From Acidothermus cellulolyticus 11B (GTDB lineage Bacteria > Actinomycetota > Actinomycetes > Acidothermales > Acidothermaceae): a stretch of 32,000 bases of DNA. The translations under genes and the position numbers were made by a program. The notes below the pieces were generated by a model. That model saw only the letters and a program-made list of their open reading frames with translations. It did no database searches and was not told the DNA's origin. Below are positions 8,606 through 18,035 of the stretch, piece after piece (the stretch's first letter is position 1; every line of letters starts with the position of its first letter). The stretch is taken from positions 240,001-272,000 of the forward strand of contig NC_008578.1 in NCBI RefSeq assembly GCF_000015025.1. The letters run 5' to 3'.

Positions 8606-9979
8606 ATGAGTTTCAACCTGCGCGCCCTGCTCACCGAACGTGCCGGCGAGAACTACGACCTGCACGGGCGTTACGTCAATCCACAGGTTCCCCGCGTCCT
8701 CAAGACACTCGGCTTCGACCGGATATACCAGCGCGCCGAGGGGTGTTACCTGTACGACGACGCCGGCAACCGCTACCTGGACATGCTTGCCGGTTTCGGC
8801 GTGCACGGCGTCGGCCGGAATCATCCGGTTGTGCGTCAGGCCCTGCACGACCTGCTGGACGCCGAACTGGCAGACATGGTGCAATTCGACGCCCCCTTGC
8901 TGGCCGGGCTGTTCGCCGAGCGGCTGTTGCAGAAGGCCCCCGGCTTGGACCGCGTTTTCTTCTGCAACAGCGGATCGGAGGCCGTTGAGGCGGCGTTGAA
9001 GTTTGCGCGGGCGGCGACCGGACGGCCGCGGATCGTATTCCTGGACCACGCTTACCACGGGCTCACCGCCGGCGCGTTGTCGGTGAACGGCGCCGAGGAA
9101 TTCCGGAAGGGCTTCGGGCCGCTGCTCCCGGCGACGCCGATCGAGATCGGCGACCTCGATGCGCTCCGCCGGGAACTGAAGAAGGGGGACGTTGCCGCAT
9201 TTCTCGTCGAACCGATCCAAGGCAAGGGCGTGCACATTCCGCCGCCCGGTTTTCTCGCCGCCGCCCAGCAGGAGCTGCGCCATTACGGTGCATTGCTCAT
9301 CTGTGACGAGGTGCAGACCGGCATCGGCCGCACCGGCCGATTCTTCGGCTATGAGCACGAGGGCGTCGATCCGGACATTGTCACGGTGGCGAAGGCGCTC
9401 TCCGGAGGCTTCGTGCCGATCGGAGCGACCTTGGCGAAACGCGAGGTTTTCGACAAGGTCTTCTCCTCGATGGACCGGGTCTTTGTCCATGCCTCCACGT
9501 TCATGGGGAACGCGATGGCAATGACGGCCGGGCTGGCCACCCTTGCCATCGTGGAGGACGAGGGCTTGGTCGCCAACGCTGAGCGGATGGGTCACCTGTT
9601 GGTGGAATCGCTGCGGGCGGTCGCCTCCCGGTACGAGCTCATCGCCGACATCCGCGGCCGCGGTCTGATGATCGGCATCGAATTCGGCCGGCCGAAATCC
9701 CTGAAGCTCCGCGCGGGTTGGTCGATGCTGCAAGCCGCCCGTCGCGGCCTGTTCGCGCAACTCGTCGTCGTCCCGCTGTTCACCCGGCACCGGATCCTCA
9801 CCCAGGTCGCCGGTGACCACATCGACGTCGTGAAATTGTTGCCCCCGCTGGTCATCAGCGAGACGGAAGTGAAGATGTTCGTTGACGCATTCGTCGACGT
9901 GATGGACGACGCACATACCGGCAGTGGCCTGCTCTGGGACTTCGGCCGGACTCTGGTCGGGCAGGCAATCCGCCGTTAG
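8606..9979 (+). CDS. Class-III PLP-dependent aminotransferase, putrescine aminotransferase (YgjG/PatA)-like
   Basis: In-frame ATG 8606 (MSFNLRALL...) of track ORF 8429..9979, 7 nt after the disA stop. Motifs: YVNPQ...LGFD, DMLAGFGVHGVGRNHPVV, FFCNSGSEAVEAALKFAR, LICDEVQTGIGRTG, and the PLP-lysine context DIVTVAKALSGG. Confidence 0.9.
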   Translation: MSFNLRALLTERAGENYDLHGRYVNPQVPRVLKTLGFDRIYQRAEGCYLYDDAGNRYLDMLAGFGVHGVGRNHPVVRQALHDLLDAELADMVQFDAPLLAGLFAERLLQKAPGLDRVFFCNSGSEAVEAALKFARAATGRPRIVFLDHAYHGLTAGALSVNGAEEFRKGFGPLLPATPIEIGDLDALRRELKKGDVAAFLVEPIQGKGVHIPPPGFLAAAQQELRHYGALLICDEVQTGIGRTGRFFGYEHEGVDPDIVTVAKALSGGFVPIGATLAKREVFDKVFSSMDRVFVHASTFMGNAMAMTAGLATLAIVEDEGLVANAERMGHLLVESLRAVASRYELIADIRGRGLMIGIEFGRPKSLKLRAGWSMLQAARRGLFAQLVVVPLFTRHRILTQVAGDHIDVVKLLPPLVISETEVKMFVDAFVDVMDDAHTGSGLLWDFGRTLVGQAIRR

Positions 9980-10042
9980 CGCGAATCCCTCGGGTGGCCG
10001 GAAGCCGCTCCGCGCCGCCGGGACGCCGGTGTCGTCGACGGC

Positions 10043-11356
10043 TCAGCCCGGCGGCCTCGCGTCGGCTGCGGCGCGGACCGCGGCCGGAAGCGCATCGAGA
10101 ATCTGGTTGACGGCGGCGTCATCGTGCGCTGCGGAGACAAACCAGGCTTCGTACACCGACGGCGGCGGATGAACACCGCGGTCGAGAAGGGCATGGAAGA
10201 ACGGCGGGTACCGCCACGCCTCCTGCCCGGTGGCCTGGGCGTAGTTGCGCACCGGCTCGGTCGTGAAGAAGACCGAGAACAGGTTGCCGGCCTGCTGCAC
10301 CTGGTGCGGCAGGCCGATCCGGCCGAATTCATCACGCAATGCGCGGGCGAGGACGGCGGCGACGTGGTCCAGGCGCGCATAAATGTCGGGCGTGCTCTCT
10401 CGCAGCGTCGCCAGCCCCGCCGCCACGGCAACCGGATTTCCCGACAGCGTTCCGGCCTGGTAGACAGTCCCGGCCGGGGCGAGGAGCTGCATGATGTCCC
10501 GCCGGCCGCCGAACGCGCCGATGGGCAGCCCGCCGCCGATGACTTTCCCGAAGGTGAAGAGGTCCGCCGCGACCGGGTCACGGCCCCACCAGCCCGCCGA
10601 GGACACCCGGAAACCTGTCAGCACTTCGTCGAGCACCAGCAGGGCGCCGTTCTCGTGCGCGATGTCGGCAAGTGCGCGGTTGAAACCAGGCTCGGGTGGG
10701 ACGACGCCCATGTTTGCCGCAGCTGCTTCCACGATGACGCACGCAATTTCTCCGCCGTACCTTTCGAAGGCCGTCCGCACCGCGTCGATGTCGTTGTAGG
10801 GCAGGACAATCGTCTCCGCGGCTTGCCCGGGGGTGACACCAGGGGTTCCGGGAAGGCCAAGGGTGGCGACTCCGCTTCCGGCGGCGGAGAGCAGGGCGTC
10901 GACGTGACCGTGGTAGCAGCCGGCGAATTTCACCACCAGCGGCCGGTTGGTATAGGCGCGGGCAAGCCGCAGGGCGCTCATGGTGGCCTCGGTTCCGGAA
11001 TTCACCAGCCGGATCATCTCGACGGCCGGAACCCGCCGGGCGATCTCCTCCGCCATTTCGATTTCCGCTTCGGTCGGCGCCCCGAAACTTGTGCCGCGTT
11101 CCGCCGCCTGCTTCACGGCCGCGACCACCGCAGGATGGGCGTGTCCGAGAATGAGCGGTCCCCATGAGCAGACCAGGTCGACGTACCGATTGCCATCCAC
11201 GTCCACCAGATACGGGCCGGCGCCGGATTGGATGAACCGTGGTGTGCCGCCGACCGCGCGGAAGGCGCGGACCGGTGAATTCACTCCCCCAGGAATGCGG
11301 GCGCGGGCGCGTTCGAAACATGCGGCGGAGACGGCATCGGTGCCGGGGGAGGTCAT
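10043..11356 (-). CDS. hemL: Glutamate-1-semialdehyde 2,1-aminomutase
   Basis: Track ORF 10043..11356 (-), 437 aa. Motifs: [81 protein letters not shown]. Confidence 0.95.
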   Translation of the reverse strand: MTSPGTDAVSAACFERARARIPGGVNSPVRAFRAVGGTPRFIQSGAGPYLVDVDGNRYVDLVCSWGPLILGHAHPAVVAAVKQAAERGTSFGAPTEAEIEMAEEIARRVPAVEMIRLVNSGTEATMSALRLARAYTNRPLVVKFAGCYHGHVDALLSAAGSGVATLGLPGTPGVTPGQAAETIVLPYNDIDAVRTAFERYGGEIACVIVEAAAANMGVVPPEPGFNRALADIAHENGALLVLDEVLTGFRVSSAGWWGRDPVAADLFTFGKVIGGGLPIGAFGGRRDIMQLLAPAGTVYQAGTLSGNPVAVAAGLATLRESTPDIYARLDHVAAVLARALRDEFGRIGLPHQVQQAGNLFSVFFTTEPVRNYAQATGQEAWRYPPFFHALLDRGVHPPPSVYEAWFVSAAHDDAAVNQILDALPAAVRAAADARPPG

Positions 11357-11402
11357 GGGTCCATTCTTCCGAAGGCGGTTCCGGTTTCTCCGCGGGGCAG
11401 TG

Positions 11403-12479
11403 CTACAAGCCGAAGGCGGCGGCCAACGACGCCGCCTGTGCCGCGGCGCCCAGCGGCGGGAGGCCGAGGAGATCCTCGGTGCCGCGCAGCAGGCTGTAGT
11501 GGTCGAGCCGAGCGCTGACCCGTGTTCCGGGCTGAATCGTCGGGGCGATCACGATGGTCGGAATCCGGTTCGCGGAACCGACGCCCTCATCGAAGGTGAG
11601 GACGATGACGAGCTCACCGTTCCGGTACGTCGCCGAATTCAGCAGCATCGGCAGGGTTTCTGCCAGCCAGCGGTCACCGGCCGCCACCGAGCAGTCGTGC
11701 ATGTCATGGCAGAGATTCGGCGTGACGAAGGCGAAGGACGGCAGTCGGCCGGCCGAGGCGTCGGCCGCGAGCTGCGGGTCAAGCGGCACGTCGTTGTGGA
11801 GACACTCGGCCCGCTCGTCGACGTAGTACGCGGCCGGGTTGTGTTTGACGGCGTACTCGCCCGATGACGCGGTTGCGCAGGCGTACGGCATGGACTCCTC
11901 GTACGCGCGCCAGCTCTTGCCCGCCTGGTCGATTTGGCGGAAAATCGACGGACCGGAAATCGGATGGGCGGCGGGACCGGCGTCGTCGTGCACCCCAAAG
12001 GTTGATCCTCCGGTGGCGGCGAGGTAATTCGGCAGCGACGGATGCGTGATCCCGTGGGCGTTGGTCGCCAGCCCGCAGGCATTGGCGAGCGCGTTCTCGT
12101 ACGGCGCCGATGGATTGCCGATGACGGACGCGTAGTCCTTGTTCTCCAGCCAGATCCATACGACGTGCTGGTAATGCGGCGGCAATCCGATCCACCCGCA
12201 CGGGCGCGCCGCCGACGGCAGACCGGACGGCGAGCCGGTCGCCGGAGGGGATTGCGCCGGGGTCGCGGCCGGCGTGGATGGGTGCGCTGCGCTGCTTCCA
12301 GGTGCGGAGAACGTTCCCGCGGACGGCAGAACCACGGCGCCGGCAGAGTGCGACGGGGTGGGAAGACCGGCCGGCGTCCGCCCGGCTGTGCAGCCTGCTG
12401 CGAGGAAACAGCAGCTGACCACCGAGGCGAGCAGCCGCAGACTCGGTCTCGTCCGGGAGTCCGCGGCGGGCCGGGTCAT
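11403..12479 (-). CDS. Secreted phosphoesterase-family lipoprotein (acid phosphatase / phospholipase C-like, PF04185-type)
   Basis: Track ORF 11403..12479 (-). Signal peptide with lipobox (FLAAGC), a Pro/Ser/Ala linker, then [54 protein letters not shown] and [13 protein letters not shown] overlap with the upstream gene at 12476-12479. Confidence 0.8.
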   Translation of the reverse strand: MTRPAADSRTRPSLRLLASVVSCCFLAAGCTAGRTPAGLPTPSHSAGAVVLPSAGTFSAPGSSAAHPSTPAATPAQSPPATGSPSGLPSAARPCGWIGLPPHYQHVVWIWLENKDYASVIGNPSAPYENALANACGLATNAHGITHPSLPNYLAATGGSTFGVHDDAGPAAHPISGPSIFRQIDQAGKSWRAYEESMPYACATASSGEYAVKHNPAAYYVDERAECLHNDVPLDPQLAADASAGRLPSFAFVTPNLCHDMHDCSVAAGDRWLAETLPMLLNSATYRNGELVIVLTFDEGVGSANRIPTIVIAPTIQPGTRVSARLDHYSLLRGTEDLLGLPPLGAAAQAASLAAAFGL

Positions 12480-13711
12480 GGCAGGACACGGTCCAGGTAC
12501 GCGTACGGCGGAAGGGGATCCAGCCCGTCGGGGATGTTCAAATATCCCGGTGCGCTGCCGGGAACGCCGGTGTGGCCGTACTGCCAGACGATGCGATTCT
12601 GTTTGGGATCGATGACGATGACCCGGTCATTGTGGTCGTCGGTGACGAGGATGTCGCCGTTCGGCAGCGCCTCGGCGAGGGACGGATACCGCAACCGGTT
12701 CGGTCCGGAGGCATACCGCCACCGCCAGATTTCGTGGCCGTAGCGGTCGAAAATCACGACCTGACCGATCGGCGAGTAGTCGACGGTGAGGTATTGGCCG
12801 GGTGCGTACTGGTTGCTGTCCGATGGATACCGCACACCCGGCGGGTGGGCCGACCAGAGGACGCGGCCGGCCGGGTCGATCTCGTCGACCCAGTCTCCGT
12901 TGATTTCCGTGACGAGGAAATTCCCGTCCGGCAGCGGGAAGACCCCATTCGGGCTCCCGTAATACGTCGGCGGGTCGTGCCGGCATACCCCGACCGTGCC
13001 GGCGGTCCAGACGGGTGCCGGCGAACCCGGGCGAAGGCGGAGGATCCGGCAGTTCTTGATGTCGGCGCTCACGACGTCACCGGTCGGCAGCATGATGGCG
13101 TCGTCCGGATTCCACAGGTATCCGGGGCCGTGGCCGGGAATTCCCGGGTGACCGTACCGCCAGACCATGGTGCGTGCCGTCGGGTCGATTTCCGTGATGA
13201 CGAAATCGTCTTCCTGGGTCGCGACAATCTTCGACCCATCGCGGGTGAAGAAGGCATCATCCGGTATCAGGAACGTCTGGCCGTTCGGCAGTTCCCCGGG
13301 TTGCGGCCAGATCCAGCGGACCCGTCCCTGCGGATCGACGACTACCAGCCGGTTATTGGCCTTGTCGGCGATGAGAATCGGCCCAGGCAGCACGCTCGGA
13401 TCCGAACCCGGGGCGAGATATCCCGGTTGGCCTGGTGCCGCGGGCGGCAGCCACGCGGTAAGCGCAGCCGGTTCGCGGACAGCACCTGGTGCCGGGCTGG
13501 CCACGGCGCCCGTGCTGGGGCGGGTGCCGGTGGGCGACGTCTGTGCTGGGGAGGACGACGGCGCCGAACCCGAGCCGCCCGGCCGAGCCGCCGACACCGA
13601 TGTCGCCGACGGGTGCACGGGCTGATGCGCGGTGCACGCCGTACCCGCAAAGAAAAAAGCCGCCACACCGACGGCCGCGAGGCGATGTCGTCCGGTCCGG
13701 ACCATCCTCAT
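12476..13711 (-). CDS. Secreted beta-propeller repeat lipoprotein (NHL/ASST/PQQ-like repeats), function unknown
   Basis: Track ORF 12476..13780 (-). I placed the start at ATG 13711, which forms an ATGA overlap with the HAD gene stop. Signal peptide RHRLAAVGVAAFFFAGTAC. Repeated blades such as NNRLVVVDPQGRVRWIWP, MVWRYGHPGIPGHGPGYLWNPDDA, GRVLWSAHPPG, HEIWRWRY and DRVIVIDPKQNRIVWQYGHTGVPGSAPGYLNIPDG. Confidence 0.65.
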   Translation of the reverse strand: MRMVRTGRHRLAAVGVAAFFFAGTACTAHQPVHPSATSVSAARPGGSGSAPSSSPAQTSPTGTRPSTGAVASPAPGAVREPAALTAWLPPAAPGQPGYLAPGSDPSVLPGPILIADKANNRLVVVDPQGRVRWIWPQPGELPNGQTFLIPDDAFFTRDGSKIVATQEDDFVITEIDPTARTMVWRYGHPGIPGHGPGYLWNPDDAIMLPTGDVVSADIKNCRILRLRPGSPAPVWTAGTVGVCRHDPPTYYGSPNGVFPLPDGNFLVTEINGDWVDEIDPAGRVLWSAHPPGVRYPSDSNQYAPGQYLTVDYSPIGQVVIFDRYGHEIWRWRYASGPNRLRYPSLAEALPNGDILVTDDHNDRVIVIDPKQNRIVWQYGHTGVPGSAPGYLNIPDGLDPLPPYAYLDRVLP

Positions 13712-14397
13712 CCCCTTACGAGCTCGACCACCTCGGCTAACGAACGGATGTGCGCGTGCGCTCCCGGCGGATGCGGGCAATCGCCGTACGGGTCCAGGTG
13801 GAGCGGATGTATGCCGGCCGCCCGGGCGCCGTCCACATCGGCGAGCGCCATGTCACCGACGTGCACGACGCGGTCCGCTGAGATGCCGAGCCGGTTCAAT
13901 GCGATCCGGAAGATCTCCGGATCGGGTTTGGCGTACCCGACCACAGTCGAGTCGATCACCACCTCCACCGGCACCTCGCACCGCCGCAAGGTCTCCTCGA
14001 CCAAGCCGTCCGCGTTCGACACCACCGCAATGGCCACCCCGGTCGCGGCGAGGTGCTGGAGATTCTCGATGACGCCGTCAGGGACGACGTTCCACAGGCT
14101 GTACACCGGCGCGCCGAAGAGCGCGGCCAGTCCGGCGACAGCGTCGTCGCGCCGATCCGGCGGTACGTCGGCCACGGCGGCCAAATTGGCGAAGTACAGT
14201 CGCCAATCGGCCTGTCCAACCCGGTCCATCGCGGCGATTCCCGAGTAATGCGCGCGATGCAGGGTGCGAAGGTCGGGTCTGCCTCCGGCGGCACGGAGCG
14301 TGGCCGCAACCGCCCACGGATTCGGCAGCAGCAGCACGCCGCCGGCGTCCAACAACACCGCCTTGGGGCGTCCATTCTCCGGCATCAGTGCAGCCAT
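13708..14397 (-). CDS. HAD-superfamily (subfamily IA-like) hydrolase/phosphatase
   Basis: In-frame ATG 14397 (MAALMPENG...) or ATG 14385 of track ORF 13708..14496 (-). HAD motifs: I = LLDAGGVLL (D-x-G-x-V variant), II = VVSNA, III = KPDPEIF, IV = VGDMALADVDGA. It overlaps the hemB stop (14385-14387) by 13 nt or 1 nt, depending on the start chosen. Confidence 0.8.
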   Translation of the reverse strand: MAALMPENGRPKAVLLDAGGVLLLPNPWAVAATLRAAGGRPDLRTLHRAHYSGIAAMDRVGQADWRLYFANLAAVADVPPDRRDDAVAGLAALFGAPVYSLWNVVPDGVIENLQHLAATGVAIAVVSNADGLVEETLRRCEVPVEVVIDSTVVGYAKPDPEIFRIALNRLGISADRVVHVGDMALADVDGARAAGIHPLHLDPYGDCPHPPGAHAHIRSLAEVVELVRG

Positions 14398-15374
14398 CGG
14401 GCCGCCTCGCTTGCCCAGTACGTGATGACGATGTCGGCCCCCGCCCGGCGGATCCCGGTGAGAAGCTCGAGAATCACAGCCCGCCGGTCGATCCAACCCT
14501 GCGCCGCAGCCGCCTCCACCATCGCGTACTCACCGCTTACGTGGTACGCCGCAACGGGAATGTCAACGGCGTTGCGTACCGCGCGGACAATGTCGAGGTA
14601 CGCAAGGGCGGGTTTGACCATCACCATGTCCGCGCCTTGAGCGACGTCCAGCGCAACTTCCCGCAGCGCTTCCCGCGCATTGGCGGCGTCCTGCTGGTAG
14701 CCGCGACGATCTCCGAAAGCCGGCGCACATTCGGCGGCGTCGCGGAACGGCCCGTACAACGCGGATGCATATTTCGCCGAGTACGCGAGGATCGCGGTGT
14801 CGGAGAAACCTGCGCCGTCGAGAGCGGTTCGGATGGCGCCGACCTGGCCGTCCATCATGCCGCTCGGCGCGACGACGTGTGCACCGGCCTCCGCCTGCGC
14901 AACGGCGATGGTTGCATAGCGGTCGAGGGTCGCGTCGTTGTCGACGATCCATTCGCCGGTGCGCGTCTCGCGGAGCACTCCGCAGTGCCCGTGGCTGGTG
15001 TACTCATCCAGGCAGAGGTCAGCGATCAGAACGGTGTCATCGCCGAATTCGGTGCGCAAGTCGCGCAAAGTTCGTTGAATGATCCCGTCCGGATCGTCGG
15101 CCGCCGAGCCGCGGTCGTCCTTCTGGGCCGGGATCCCGAAGAGCAGCAGGCCGCCGACGCCGGCTTCCACAGCGTCGTGGGCCGCCTTCCGCACGGAATC
15201 CCGGGTGTGCTGGACGACGCCGGGCATCGAGGCGACCGGGACCGGTTCACGGGCGTCTTCCTTCACAAACAGCGGTAAGACGAGATCCGCCGGGGTGAGG
15301 GCCGTTTCGGCGACCAGCCGCCGCAGTGCAGCGGTGCCGCGCAGCCTGCGCGGCCGGATTGGGCCGGCGTCCAT
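14385..15374 (-). CDS. hemB: Porphobilinogen synthase (delta-aminolevulinic acid dehydratase)
   Basis: In-frame ATG 15374 (MDAGPIRPRRLR...) of track ORF 14385..16067 (-). A strong SD (GGAGGAGAGGAGGGA) lies upstream. Motifs: RPRRLR, DLVLPLFV, DLCLDEYTSHGHCGVL, APSGMMDGQVGAIR, the Schiff-base lysine contexts YSAKYAS and VMVKPAL, and AYHVSGEYAM. Confidence 0.93.
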   Translation of the reverse strand: MDAGPIRPRRLRGTAALRRLVAETALTPADLVLPLFVKEDAREPVPVASMPGVVQHTRDSVRKAAHDAVEAGVGGLLLFGIPAQKDDRGSAADDPDGIIQRTLRDLRTEFGDDTVLIADLCLDEYTSHGHCGVLRETRTGEWIVDNDATLDRYATIAVAQAEAGAHVVAPSGMMDGQVGAIRTALDGAGFSDTAILAYSAKYASALYGPFRDAAECAPAFGDRRGYQQDAANAREALREVALDVAQGADMVMVKPALAYLDIVRAVRNAVDIPVAAYHVSGEYAMVEAAAAQGWIDRRAVILELLTGIRRAGADIVITYWASEAARWLH

Positions 15375-15456
15375 CCGATCCCTCCTCTCCTCCTGCGCCG
15401 CGGGGAGATTCCTCACCCGGACGCGCTGCCGCGCGGATTCGGCGTACCGCCACGCG

Positions 15457-17043
15457 TCATCGAGCGCGCCGCCGGTGGCCGACCCGCGGTCGACCCGGCT
15501 TGCCGGTCCATTCGCCGGCGGCGATCGCCGCCTCGCGTTGGGCCAGGCCGAATTCCGCCAACGCGTCGACCAACGCGGCCATCGACGGTTCCGGCGCGAG
15601 GACGTCGACCCGCAGACCGTGCTCCTCCGCGGTTTTCGCGGTCTGCGGACCGATGCACGCGATAACGGTACTCGCGTGTGGTTTTCCGGCGATGCCGACG
15701 AGGTTGCGCACCGTTGACGACGAGGTGAAGCAGACGGCGTCGAAACCGCCGGTCTTGATGGCTTCGCGGATCGGGGCCGGCGGCGGTGCGGCGCGGACCG
15801 TCCGGTAGGCAGTGACGTCCTCCACCTCCCAGCCGAGTTCGACGAGGCCGGCGACCAATGTGTCCGTCGCGATGTCCGCGCGCGGCAGCAGCACCCGATT
15901 GATCGGGTCGAGCACCTTGTCGTACGGCGGGAAATCCGCAAGAAGGCCGGCGGCCGACTGTTCGCCGGAGGGTACGAGGTCCGGCTTGATGCCGTGCGCC
16001 CGCAGGATCGCCGCGGTCTGCTCGCCGACGGCGGCGATTTTGATGCCGGAGAAGGCGCGGGCGTCAAGCCCGTATTCCTCGAATTTCTCCAGCACCGCGC
16101 GGACGGCGTTCGCCGATGTCAGGGCCAGCCACTCATAGCGGCCGGTGACGAGACCGCGGATCGCCCGATCCATCTGCTGCGGCGTGCGCGGCGGTTCAAC
16201 GGAAATCGTCGGCACTTCAACCGGGATCGCCCCGTGCGCCCGCAGTTTCTCGGAGAGCGCGGCGGCTTGCTCCTTGGTCCGCGGCACGAGCACCCGCCAG
16301 CCGAACAGGGGCTTCGCCTCAAACCACGAGAAATTCGCCCGATGTTTGACGACGTCACCGACGACCATGACGACCGGTGACGGCAGGCCGGCCGCTTTTA
16401 CCTCCGCGGCAAGGGAATCGAGGGTGGCAACGACGGTGTGCTGTGCGGTCGTCGTCCCCCCGTGGGTCACGGCAACCGGGGTCTGTGCGTTGCGCCCCGC
16501 CGACATCAACGCCTCGGCGGCGCCGGGGATGTCGTCGACGCCGATCAGGACGGTGGTGGCGGTGGTCTTCCCGAGCTCCGCCCATTTAGGGGCCCCGGTG
16601 CGCACGTCGACGATCCGGATCTCGTGGTGGCGGGAGTCGACCAGCGGAATGCCTGCGTACGCGGGAATTCCGGTCGCCGCGGGGACGGCGGGCACGATTT
16701 CGAAGCCGATATGAGCCTTCACGCACGCGGCAATTTCGTCGTGGCTGGTATCGAGGAGCGGATCCCCTTCGACCAACCGGACGACCTGAGCACCGGATTT
16801 CGCCGCGTCCACAAGGTATTTCGCTCGTTCCGTTCTGCCGGCCGGGTTGCCGGATTCCGCGGCGGAGAAATCCGTCACAGCGGCGCCGTCGCGGAAGTGC
16901 CGAGAGACCGCCTGCGGCGGCGCGGTGTCGCAGACGATGACGTCCGCCCGGCCGAGAAGATCGACGGCGCGGAGGGTGAGGAGGTCAGGGTCGCCGGGGC
17001 CGAGCCCCACGAACGCCACCTGACCTTTGGTCGTGCTCGTCAT
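15457..17043 (-). CDS. hemD: Bifunctional uroporphyrinogen-III C-methyltransferase-like / uroporphyrinogen-III synthase (actinobacterial HemD fusion)
   Basis: Track ORF 15457..17043 (-), 528 aa. The N-terminal tetrapyrrole-methylase fold has VAFVGLGPGDPDLLTLRA...ADVIVCD. The C-terminal half is HemD-like (WRVLVPRTKEQA...IPVEVPTI...WLALTSANAV...CFTSSSTVRN). ATGA overlap with the hemC stop at 17040-17043. Confidence 0.9.
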   Translation of the reverse strand: MTSTTKGQVAFVGLGPGDPDLLTLRAVDLLGRADVIVCDTAPPQAVSRHFRDGAAVTDFSAAESGNPAGRTERAKYLVDAAKSGAQVVRLVEGDPLLDTSHDEIAACVKAHIGFEIVPAVPAATGIPAYAGIPLVDSRHHEIRIVDVRTGAPKWAELGKTTATTVLIGVDDIPGAAEALMSAGRNAQTPVAVTHGGTTTAQHTVVATLDSLAAEVKAAGLPSPVVMVVGDVVKHRANFSWFEAKPLFGWRVLVPRTKEQAAALSEKLRAHGAIPVEVPTISVEPPRTPQQMDRAIRGLVTGRYEWLALTSANAVRAVLEKFEEYGLDARAFSGIKIAAVGEQTAAILRAHGIKPDLVPSGEQSAAGLLADFPPYDKVLDPINRVLLPRADIATDTLVAGLVELGWEVEDVTAYRTVRAAPPPAPIREAIKTGGFDAVCFTSSSTVRNLVGIAGKPHASTVIACIGPQTAKTAEEHGLRVDVLAPEPSMAALVDALAEFGLAQREAAIAAGEWTGKPGRPRVGHRRRAR

Positions 17044-18035
17044 GGTCGTCCTGTTCCTTTGTCGTGCCTGTCGGGGTCATGCGGTTCCCCCGTTTGTTTC
17101 GGAGCCTGGAGCAGCTGATCCGCCCCCGCGCGGATCAGATCGGCGGCGAGCCGCCGCCCGAGGTCGCTTGCGTCGTCCGGCGTCCCGGTCAACGACCGGC
17201 GGAATGCGGTCGTGCCGGACGGGTCGACGACGACGGCGTCCAGCTGCAGGGTGTCCGCGGTGACCACGCCCAGCGCACCCACCGGCGCCGAGCACCCCGC
17301 GCCCACGGCGGCCAGCAGCGCACGCTCTGCGGTGACCGCCGCCCGGGTCGCCGGATCGTCCAGGCCGGCGAGAATCCCGGCGAGCCGGCCGCCGTCCGCG
17401 ATGTCCGCCCGGCGGCACTCGACGGCGAGCGCGCCTTGACCGGGTGCCGGCAGCATCACCGTCGGGTCGAAGAATTCGGCGGCTTCTTCCGACCGGTGCA
17501 ATCGGGCAAGTCCGGCCGCCGCCACAATCAACGCGGCGTACCCGCCTGCGTGGAGTTTGCCGAGCCGGGTATCGAGGTTACCGCGGATCGGGCGAATTTC
17601 CAGATCCGGCCGGAGCAGCCGCAGTTGGGCGGCGCGCCGTGGCGATCCGGTGCCGACGATCGCACCCGTCGGCAGTTCCGCCAGCCGGCATCCCGCGCCG
17701 GTGACGAGCGCATCGCGCGGATCCGCGCGGCGCGGGATGGCCGCAATGGCCAGCTCGGGTATTTCCGCCGTCGGCAAATCCTTCATCGAATGGACGACGA
17801 CGTCCACCTCGCCGCGGAGCAGTGCGGCCCGGAGCTCGGCGACGAAAACGCCGGAGCCGGCGAATTCGTGCAGGGGGACGTCGGCGTGCCGATCGCCCGT
17901 GCTCTGGATACCGACGATTTCCACCCGGCAGCCGGCGGCACGGAGGGCGCCGGCGATCTCCTCGGTCTGCGCGCGGGCGAGCGTGCTGCGCCGGGTGCCC
18001 AGCCGCAGCACGGAGAGGGCGGCGGCTGTCGTCAT
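17040..18035 (-). CDS. hemC: Hydroxymethylbilane synthase (porphobilinogen deaminase)
   Basis: Track ORF 17040..18035 (-). Motifs: LRLGTRRSTLARAQT, IQSTGD, VVHSMKDLP, GTGSPRRAAQL, IRGNLDTRL, and the cofactor cysteine context AVGAGCSAPVGA. ATGA overlap with the hemA stop. Confidence 0.95.
   Translation of the reverse strand: MTTAAALSVLRLGTRRSTLARAQTEEIAGALRAAGCRVEIVGIQSTGDRHADVPLHEFAGSGVFVAELRAALLRGEVDVVVHSMKDLPTAEIPELAIAAIPRRADPRDALVTGAGCRLAELPTGAIVGTGSPRRAAQLRLLRPDLEIRPIRGNLDTRLGKLHAGGYAALIVAAAGLARLHRSEEAAEFFDPTVMLPAPGQGALAVECRRADIADGGRLAGILAGLDDPATRAAVTAERALLAAVGAGCSAPVGALGVVTADTLQLDAVVVDPSGTTAFRRSLTGTPDDASDLGRRLAADLIRAGADQLLQAPKQTGEPHDPDRHDKGTGRP

Noticed and set aside
9077-9085. A second TTGTCGGTG 9-mer (the RecA-NDp upstream element). 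CTGTCGGTG near 22163 and GTGTCGGTG near 22512 are similar.
   Set aside because: None is followed by a TAnnnT hexamer at 8 nt, and all lie inside coding regions on the sense strand.
9980-10042. A possible bidirectional intrinsic terminator in the convergent aminotransferase/hemL gap.
   Set aside because: Only short GC palindromes (for example GCGCG...CGCGC and CCCTCGGG) are present, with no convincing stem plus U-tract on either strand. I cannot support the call without folding calculations.
11275-11284. A GTGAATTCAC 10-bp palindrome resembling abutted Rex half-sites.
   Set aside because: It lies inside the hemL coding sequence, lacks the 4-nt spacer of ROP sites, and simply encodes part of the conserved GGVNSPV region. 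It is most likely coincidental.
15375-16067. Upstream extensions of true genes in the ORF track: hemB (to 16067), rex (to 20619), proC (to 26622), PRODH (to 27788), the aminotransferase (from 8429), the Cys-rich gene (from 1976) and HAD (to 14496).
   Set aside because: In each case the extension overlaps the well-supported upstream gene in another frame and has low-complexity Arg/Pro-rich sequence. An internal start with an SD or a 4-nt overlap with the neighbour fits much better.
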